From: an uncultured Vicinamibacteraceae bacterium
Lineage (GTDB): Bacteria > Acidobacteriota > Vicinamibacteria > Vicinamibacterales > UBA8438
Assembly (NCBI GenBank): GCA_964342695.1
Contig: CAYFFV010000009.1
Coordinates: 12,347 to 76,346, forward strand
Length of the DNA: 64,000 nt
Direction: 5' to 3'
Shown: piece by piece, positions 40,158-46,368 of the stretch
How positions within the stretch are numbered: the stretch's first letter is position 1
Layout: each line of letters begins with the position of its first letter
Notes under the pieces: generated by a model
Database searches by the model: none
The model's input: only the letters and a program-made list of their open reading frames with translations
What the model was told of the DNA's origin: nothing
Translations under genes and position numbers: made by a program

Positions 40158-41555
40158 CTAATTCGATAAATTAATATTGAGGCGCTTGATCTTTTCTATG
40201 AGGGTAGTCGGCTTCACGTTTAATATTTTGGCCGCGCGTCTCTTGTTTCCATTTGTTTGTTGTAATGCTGACCGTATTAATTCACGTTCGACATGCTGAA
40301 GTTTGTCGTTCAGATCCATCGATTCTTCCGATGTAGAAGGTGCTAGGGTAATAGGTAAAGCTTCGCCTTCATTTAGCTCCGCCGGCAGGTCACCACTATC
40401 AATCTGAGATCGACCAGGGGAAAGAGCTAAGGCGCGCTCGATTAGATTTTCCAGTTGCCTAATATTACCCGGCCAATCATAAGCCATCATTACCCGCATA
40501 GCTTCCTGAGAGACTACGACACTAGTTCGAGGTGGGTTCATTCGTGTTCCGAGTTTCTCAAGGAAACTCTGTACGAGTAGTGGGATATCTTCTCGCCGAT
40601 CCCTTAAGGCTGGTAGATGAATAGGAATTACATTAAGCCGATAAAAGAGATCTTCACGAAAACTACCATTACTAACCATCTCACTGAGATCTAAATTTGT
40701 AGCGGCAATCACACGAACATCTACATTGACAGATTCGTTATCACCGAGGCGTTCAAATTCTCTTTCCTGTAGAGCGCGTAGCAGTTTAGCCTGCAAGTTT
40801 GCACTCATAGTACCGACCTCATCCAGAAAAAAAGTGCCTTTGTGTGCCTGCTCAAGTCTTCCCTGTCTAGAATTTACAGCGCCTGTAAATGCTCCGCGAA
40901 CATGCCCGAACAGTTCGGCTTCAAGTAGTGTTTCCGGCACGGCACCACAATTAAGAGCGATAAACCGATTTTTTCTTCTTGGACTGTTGTGATGAATGGC
41001 ACGTGCTACTAGTTCTTTTCCAGTACCGGTCTCTCCTGTGATTAGAATTGTGCTCGTGGTATTTGCAACGGTTTCCATTAATTCGAATAATTGTTGCATC
41101 GGCACGCTTTTTCCGACGATTTCCTTAAAGCGGTAGCGATCTTCTAGCTGGGACCGAAGGTAGTCATTTTCCGTTCGAAGGCGCCTTTGTTCCAAGGCAG
41201 TTGATAGGAGGTGCAATAAATGATCGAACTGAAGTGGTTTTGTAACGAAATCGTGAGCGCCACGTTTGATAGCTTCAACGGCATCTTTGACTGTCCCGTA
41301 GCCAGTTACTACGACTACGATAATATCCGGGTATCTAGTTTTCGCTTCCTCTAGCAACTGGCTACCATCAATTCCAGGAAGTCTCAAATCTGTAATAATG
41401 ACATCAAAAGCAAAATCAACGAGTAGTGGTCGTGCCGCTTCCCCGGACGTCACATGAGCAACTTTATAACCATGGGTCTCAAGTCGTTCGGCCGTTACTT
41501 TAGCGAGCTCTTGCTCATCCTCCACAAGCAAAACATGCGTTCTTTTATTACTCAT
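40158..41555 (-). CDS. Sigma-54-dependent response regulator (NtrC/AtoC family enhancer-binding protein)
   Basis: Receiver domain (LLVEDE...VIITDLRLPGIDG...VVTGYG), AAA+ Walker A GETGTGKE, the sigma-54 contact loop GAFTGA (VRGAFTGAV), and a C-terminal Fis-type HTH (GNKRRAAKILNVKPTTLIEKIKRL). Confidence 0.92.
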   Translation of the reverse strand: MSNKRTHVLLVEDEQELAKVTAERLETHGYKVAHVTSGEAARPLLVDFAFDVIITDLRLPGIDGSQLLEEAKTRYPDIIVVVVTGYGTVKDAVEAIKRGAHDFVTKPLQFDHLLHLLSTALEQRRLRTENDYLRSQLEDRYRFKEIVGKSVPMQQLFELMETVANTTSTILITGETGTGKELVARAIHHNSPRRKNRFIALNCGAVPETLLEAELFGHVRGAFTGAVNSRQGRLEQAHKGTFFLDEVGTMSANLQAKLLRALQEREFERLGDNESVNVDVRVIAATNLDLSEMVSNGSFREDLFYRLNVIPIHLPALRDRREDIPLLVQSFLEKLGTRMNPPRTSVVVSQEAMRVMMAYDWPGNIRQLENLIERALALSPGRSQIDSGDLPAELNEGEALPITLAPSTSEESMDLNDKLQHVERELIRSALQQTNGNKRRAAKILNVKPTTLIEKIKRLNINLSN

Positions 41556-41562
41556 TCTCGTA

Positions 41563-41582
41563 TATGTTCAATATTTTGAACA
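41563..41582. promoter_or_regulatory. 20-bp palindrome in the leader of the response-regulator gene
   Basis: ATGTTCAA-TATT-TTGAACAT has perfect 8-bp arms. It lies 8-27 nt upstream of the start codon at 41555 and is followed by a second small inverted repeat, TTGAC-N7-GTCAA (41584-41600). Confidence 0.35.
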
Positions 41583-41756
41583 TGTTGACTTTTCTCGTCA
41601 AGATGGCTTCTACTGCTTTTTGATATTTGTCCTAATTTTAAGATTTTTAACACTACAGGTTTAGAAGTTCTCTGCCGATACCTCATTCCAAGGAAGTTCT
41701 GTCGTTCGGATCGTTTTGTTCCGGCGTGACTAAGACATAGAACCGAGGCAAATCAA

Positions 41757-41999
41757 ATGCCAAATGAAAACACACTTGTTGAAAGAAAGACCATTTCTAT
41801 TATGAAGGCATGCGAATTGGTTGGCGTAAGTCGCCGAACCATATATAACTGGATTTCTAGTGGAAAGGTGGAATACGTTCGAACAGCTGGGGGATCTGTA
41901 AGAATTTTTGTTGATTCTTTATGGCGTAGCCCCGATGAAAAGACTAGGCGTCAACCGGCGAGGGCCCGTATTTCTACTTCAGCTAGACGAGTAGGTTGA
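41757..41999 (+). CDS. Small HTH DNA-binding protein (excisionase/MerR-superfamily HTH_17 type)
   Basis: ACELVGVSRRTIYNWISSGKVEYVRTAGGSVRIF is the typical excisionase-family winged HTH. The C-terminal tail is basic. Confidence 0.7.
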   Translation: MPNENTLVERKTISIMKACELVGVSRRTIYNWISSGKVEYVRTAGGSVRIFVDSLWRSPDEKTRRQPARARISTSARRVG

Positions 42000-42238
42000 T
42001 GGCTGGTCGAGGCGCTCCGTCACCTAGTAAAAACGTTCCAAAAAATATGAATGCGACTACTGGGACGTTAGAGCTCTTTCATAAACTGAACAATCAATTA
42101 GGTATTATCCTTGCCAATGCCGAGCTGATGGAGAGTAAGCTTGATCAGGCTGATAAAAATTACTCAAGAGTTTCTCAAATAGTGAATAGTGCGATCCAAG
42201 CTATAAAAACTGCAAAAGATCTTAGAAATATATCTTAA
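41996..42238 (+). CDS. 80-aa protein resembling an isolated histidine-kinase DHp (HisKA) helical hairpin
   Basis: FHKLNNQLGIILANAELM matches the H-box pattern H-x-F/L-N-N-x-L-x-x-I-L-G/A-x-x-E-L of PAS-type kinases. A second helix follows (VSQIVNSAIQAIKTAKDL) and the protein then ends, with no ATPase domain. The likely ATG at 41999 overlaps the upstream stop (TGATG). Confidence 0.5.
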   Translation: MMAGRGAPSPSKNVPKNMNATTGTLELFHKLNNQLGIILANAELMESKLDQADKNYSRVSQIVNSAIQAIKTAKDLRNIS

Positions 42239-42271
42239 ATTTTTTAGCTGAAGCTAGAACTTGATGAAATA

Positions 42272-42323
42272 TTTAGTCAAATAAATGACTATATGAATTT
42301 ATGTATTCATTTATTTGACTAAA
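42272..42323. promoter_or_regulatory. Perfect 17-bp inverted repeat (candidate upstream activator or operator site)
   Basis: TTTAGTCAAATAAATGA (42272-42288) and TCATTTATTTGACTAAA (42307-42323) are separated by 18 nt. The repeat is centred about 155 bp upstream of the sigma-54 promoter. Confidence 0.45.
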
Positions 42324-42449
42324 AAAATTTCACACAAAGGCAAATTTCTACATTAAATTTCACGCTCTATCTCTCAGAAAAACGAAAATCTCTTTTAAAT
42401 CCAAACTTTTTAGGCTCTACTAACAAAAAAATTTTATTTAAATTTTTAT

Positions 42450-42465
42450 TGGCACGTTATTTGCT
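42450..42465 (+). promoter_or_regulatory. Sigma-54 (-24/-12) promoter
   Basis: TGGCAC-GTTAT-TTGCT matches the consensus TGGCAC-N5-TTGCW at all conserved positions. It lies 56 nt upstream of ATG 42521, which is preceded by GGGAG. Confidence 0.75.
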
Positions 42466-42520
42466 TCTAAAGAGCTACCTTGGTCTGTATTTGTGTAGTG
42501 CTGAATTTTTGGGAGCAGTA

Positions 42521-43438
42521 ATGACTAAAAAAAAGAGGAGTCAACAGCGGCGTGTCGAAGGTGGTCTTCCGTTTGTGCAGGCCTTGGCGAAACGGGTCGC
42601 CTCATCGATGCCTAATTCGGTTGAGCTTTCTGATCTGGTTCAGGATGGAATGATTGGTTTGATTGACGCAGCGAATCGGTACGACGATTCACGTGGTATC
42701 AAATTTGAGACGTTCGCCGAACGTAGAGTACGTGGCGCGATGATTGATGCTCTAAGGAGGGATGCTTGGCCTCGGGGCATCCGCCGTATGCGGCGCGAAC
42801 TTGAGGCGGGTCGGGAGCATTTAAGGCATAAACTTGGTTGCGAACCATCCCTGTCAGATTTAGCGAAATATGTTGGATCTGACGAGGTGACTCTAGGCAG
42901 AACGATCGTCCGTATTAACACAATTGAGTCGACGTCGGCATTAAACGGTGGGGAAGGGGTGGACGAAAAGACTTTACCTGCTGTCATGGTGCCTTCTGAG
43001 CCCGTCTCTCCGGACAAGGAGTGTGAGTCACATGAAGTTGAACAACGTGTTCGCATTGCACTTGCCTCTCTTCCTGCGAGAGAAAGGCAAGTAATGGCTA
43101 TGTACTATTATGGTGATGTGACGATGAAACAGATAGGTATTGAGATGGGTGTGAATGAATCACGAGTATCTCAACTGCATACTCGTGCGATTCAGAAACT
43201 TCGTAAGCTGCTTGGTCCGGACGTTGAGTCTGCAACTTTAAGTTCTGCGGCCATGCCGTTAGGAAACCTTTCAAAGTTGAGTGGTGACACAAGAAATCTG
43301 GTTTCTAATAACGCGACAGCTAATTCGGTTGAATCAAGAAACGAGGTGACTAATATTCTTTCCCGAGTGGTTCGAATTTCTGGACGGACATCAAAAACCA
43401 GAATCAAAAAACTAAATCAATCGACTGCCGTGGCGTAA
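42521..43438 (+). CDS. FliA/WhiG-family (group 3, sigma-28-like) RNA polymerase sigma factor with a C-terminal extension of about 74 aa
   Basis: Region 2 (DLVQDGMIGLIDAANRYDDSRGIKFETFAERRVRGAMIDALRRDAWPRGIRR) and region 4 (LPARERQVMAMYYYGDVTMKQIGIEMGVNESRVSQLHTRAIQKLRK). Start reassigned from TTG 42449 to ATG 42521 because the sigma-54 promoter occupies 42450-42465. Confidence 0.85.
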   Translation: MTKKKRSQQRRVEGGLPFVQALAKRVASSMPNSVELSDLVQDGMIGLIDAANRYDDSRGIKFETFAERRVRGAMIDALRRDAWPRGIRRMRRELEAGREHLRHKLGCEPSLSDLAKYVGSDEVTLGRTIVRINTIESTSALNGGEGVDEKTLPAVMVPSEPVSPDKECESHEVEQRVRIALASLPARERQVMAMYYYGDVTMKQIGIEMGVNESRVSQLHTRAIQKLRKLLGPDVESATLSSAAMPLGNLSKLSGDTRNLVSNNATANSVESRNEVTNILSRVVRISGRTSKTRIKKLNQSTAVA

Positions 43439-43452
43439 AAACTAAAAATATT

Positions 43453-45024
43453 TTAGGAAAGTAAGTCTCTGGTCATCCGCAGCAGATCTTTAAGGCGAAA
43501 AGGTTTTGCAAGCCATCGACAACCGGTTTCTTGAAGAAAATTTTCGGTCTCCGCAGCTGCCACATCGCCAGTCACGAACAGACAATTTTTTGCTAAAGTA
43601 GGTTTTGTTTTTGCAAGCGATTCGTAAAAAGTACGACCGTCCATTTTTGGCATCTTCAAGTCGCAAATCACGAGATCGTAGATTTTATTTTCGATGCGTG
43701 TCAGAGCTTCTTCTCCATTAGCCGATCTATCTACAGTAAAACCAGCGTCTACTAAGGTTTCGACCACAGCGGTCGCAAGCGCAATTTCATCTTCAATCAC
43801 TAGAATTACAGCTGTTTTGAAAGAAGTGCGTTGTAAAGGAACCGCTTTTTTTTCAAGTGTTTTGTTTCTCCACTTGGGCTCACTGCTTGCGGGAAAATAT
43901 AGAAAAAACGAACAGCCTTTTTGCTCTTCTGATTTGACCTTAATTTGTCCGCCGTGTTCCTGCATAATTGCATATGCAACAGTCAGGCCAAGTCCTGTAC
44001 CTGTTCCTACTGCTTTTGTCGTAAAAAAAGGATCAAAAATCTTAGTCTGAACTTCATTAGTTAGTCCGAGTCCGTCATCGTTTACTTCAAGAATTACAAG
44101 ATCTTTTTCAGCATCGTGCCAGGTTCGAAGAATTAATGTTCCCCGCCCATGGGCAGCTAACATTGCTTGTTCAGCATTAATTATCAGGTTAAGCAGTACT
44201 TGTTTAAGCTGATGTGGATCAGCAAAAACGGGCGGTAATCCGTCAGCGAAGGCATCAAGAACTGTAATGTTTGTAACACGGTGTTCATAGGTTCGTAATG
44301 TTAGAGTTTCTCTAATGACTTCGTTCAAATTAACCATTGTCCTTGTTGTGTGTCTTTTCCGGGCGAAGGTTAATAAGTTACGGACAATTTTGGCAGCGCG
44401 TTCAGATTCACTTTGGATAATTTCGATACCCTGTTTGGTTTTGTTGTCTAGCGACTTATCCGTGAGACGCTCAGCCCAAGTAAGGATCGTTGCTAATGGA
44501 TTATTTAGTTCATGTGCGACACCAGAGACAGTTTGTCCCAATGCTGCTAGTTTTTCGGACTGGAGGGTCTGATGGTAAACATCGCGCCCTTGATCTTCCA
44601 TGCGACGACGCTCACTAACGTCTCGAATTAATGCATCTAAACGACGGCCTGAGGTATTTTGATGGTTATGGAGGCGGGCTGTTACTTCCACCCAACATAA
44701 TGAATCATCAGAGCGTCGAAGACGAAGTAGATAATCTGTAACTGAGCCGTCACGTTGAAGCTGCTCGATAAAAGCAACACGCGACTGAGGATCAACAAAT
44801 CTGCGTACTTCAAAAGGTCTAATAGTGTCGACAGGTTTCTCGGCAGGGTACCCTAACATTAATCTTAGACAAGGATTTGCGAAGATAGTTGTATCGCTCC
44901 CTCCGTCTAGATAACCGAGATAGACGCCTTCATTAATAACCTCAAAAAAGTCAACGATAGAATCTAAAAAGCTGACTTTAAGGTCTTTCTCGGATGAGGA
45001 GGTGACGCGGGGCGACACCTCCAA
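43453..45024 (-). CDS. PAS-domain hybrid sensor histidine kinase (HisKA + HATPase_c + C-terminal receiver)
   Basis: H-box SGVAHELNNPLATI, N-box LLNLIINAEQAM, G-boxes DDGLGL and GTGTGLGL, and a C-terminal receiver (ILVIEDE...LVICDLKMPKMDG...FVTGD). No TM helix is visible. TTG start. Confidence 0.9.
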   Translation of the reverse strand: MEVSPRVTSSSEKDLKVSFLDSIVDFFEVINEGVYLGYLDGGSDTTIFANPCLRLMLGYPAEKPVDTIRPFEVRRFVDPQSRVAFIEQLQRDGSVTDYLLRLRRSDDSLCWVEVTARLHNHQNTSGRRLDALIRDVSERRRMEDQGRDVYHQTLQSEKLAALGQTVSGVAHELNNPLATILTWAERLTDKSLDNKTKQGIEIIQSESERAAKIVRNLLTFARKRHTTRTMVNLNEVIRETLTLRTYEHRVTNITVLDAFADGLPPVFADPHQLKQVLLNLIINAEQAMLAAHGRGTLILRTWHDAEKDLVILEVNDDGLGLTNEVQTKIFDPFFTTKAVGTGTGLGLTVAYAIMQEHGGQIKVKSEEQKGCSFFLYFPASSEPKWRNKTLEKKAVPLQRTSFKTAVILVIEDEIALATAVVETLVDAGFTVDRSANGEEALTRIENKIYDLVICDLKMPKMDGRTFYESLAKTKPTLAKNCLFVTGDVAAAETENFLQETGCRWLAKPFRLKDLLRMTRDLLS

Positions 45025-45062
45025 ATTATAGCAGGGGTTAAATGTAATGAGGCAAAAGAGAT

Positions 45063-45704
45063 TTAATTTGAAGGCTCAGGCGTGGGTGTCATTCGAGGGA
45101 AACGAGATGCGTACTTGGTCTCGATAGACGTCCGCACGTCCTTGACAGATGCTCCAGAAGCATGAAGTTGCATTGAATCTCGAGCAACATCAATACAAAC
45201 TGCACAACCCATCCCATGATTTTCCCATGTTCTTACGGTGCCGTCACTATTTCTGGATTCAACAAAACAGTGAGCGTTAGCTTGATGTCCTGCAGATTCA
45301 CAACCGCAAAAACAAGGTACAAATTCTAGGATGTCTGGATTTCTTCCGGCAAATTCATAAACTTCGTTAATCAACTCAGTGGTTCTGGGCATACCATTTG
45401 GAATAAAGGGTAATGGAGGCAATACTGCATCGGACGGGGGCTTGACAATATTAACCGTTGTGACTGTGGGAATGTTTTCATCTTCGTTTAGTGCTGACGT
45501 AGTATCAATATGACCGTGGGAGTCTGTCGATCTGTTTTCCAGAGAACTCTCATCAGTATCAAAATTTATCGGTTCGGAGGTAAAACGAGGATAAAAACCT
45601 ACACCTAGGAGTGCGATTACTCCAACTACTCCATAAATTAATATCCAAGGAGTTCCGCCTTTATTTTCTATTCCTGATGTCTTGAACTCTTTCTTAGTTC
45701 CCAT
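45063..45704 (-). CDS. PCYCGC-motif membrane-anchored protein
   Basis: One N-terminal TM helix (WILIYGVVGVIALLGVGF) and a C-terminal Cys/His-rich domain with VPCFCGCESAGHQANAHCF...GCAVC, as in the PCYCGC-motif (lipo)protein family. Confidence 0.65.
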   Translation of the reverse strand: MGTKKEFKTSGIENKGGTPWILIYGVVGVIALLGVGFYPRFTSEPINFDTDESSLENRSTDSHGHIDTTSALNEDENIPTVTTVNIVKPPSDAVLPPLPFIPNGMPRTTELINEVYEFAGRNPDILEFVPCFCGCESAGHQANAHCFVESRNSDGTVRTWENHGMGCAVCIDVARDSMQLHASGASVKDVRTSIETKYASRFPRMTPTPEPSN

Positions 45705-45805
45705 GGCGGAATTCTACATCAAAAAGTTGAAGTAAATAGGTAATCTTTCAATACTACCAGTCGTGGTGAGTTGAGAACTCAGTAAGAATTAATGCTTAAC
45801 ACGAA

Positions 45806-46270
45806 TTAATTTTTGTTTGGCGGCGCTGGCCCTAGAGCAAAAAGCATCGTTCCTTCTACGGCAATCTCTCTGTTTACACGAGCAAAACCTTTTAGGCGTC
45901 CCATTCGACTACGAAGTCTATCGACACTAACTTCTATAACAACCGTCTCACCGGGGTGTACCGGTCTATGGTAACGAACATGGTCGATGCCCATAAAGTA
46001 TGGAACCTTTTGGCGGTTCTCAGGCTTCGCCAAAATGAGGATTGCTCCAACTTGAGCCACGGCCTCAGTTAAGATCGTTGGGGGAAGCACCGGTTGTTCT
46101 CCTACTCGATGAGACAAGAAATTTTCATTAAGAGAAACGTTTTTAATACCAACAATACGTTTGTCTTCTTCAAATTCAACAATTCTGTCAACTAGTAAGA
46201 AGGGGTACCGGTGGGGAAGAATCTTTTCAATTGCAGCGTTGTCAAGAGGTAAAGAAAGTTTGGTTTGCAC
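45806..46270 (-). CDS. fabZ: 3-hydroxyacyl-ACP dehydratase FabZ
   Basis: ILPHRYPFLLVDRI and the hot-dog fold core GHFP-equivalent region. 154 aa. Confidence 0.92.
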   Translation of the reverse strand: MQTKLSLPLDNAAIEKILPHRYPFLLVDRIVEFEEDKRIVGIKNVSLNENFLSHRVGEQPVLPPTILTEAVAQVGAILILAKPENRQKVPYFMGIDHVRYHRPVHPGETVVIEVSVDRLRSRMGRLKGFARVNREIAVEGTMLFALGPAPPNKN

Positions 46271-46368
46271 TAGGTGAGTATATCGGAGTTGTTAAGTTTT
46301 TCCTTAGGCTTTTAAGTTTAAATATTTGAATAATGTTCTCTGGAAAATAGGGGCTAAGCCTATATTTA

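Noticed and set aside
41757-41999. An excisionase-family HTH protein as a possible marker of a prophage or integrative element.
   Set aside because: No integrase, recombinase, tRNA attachment site, flanking direct repeats or phage or conjugation genes occur anywhere nearby. The gene is translationally coupled to a signalling protein, so a regulatory role fits better.
42449-42520. The upstream TTG start and 24-residue N-terminal extension of the sigma factor given by the ORF track.
   Set aside because: The extension overlaps the consensus sigma-54 promoter (42450-42465) and is not sigma-like. ATG 42521, with a GGGAG Shine-Dalgarno sequence, is preferred.
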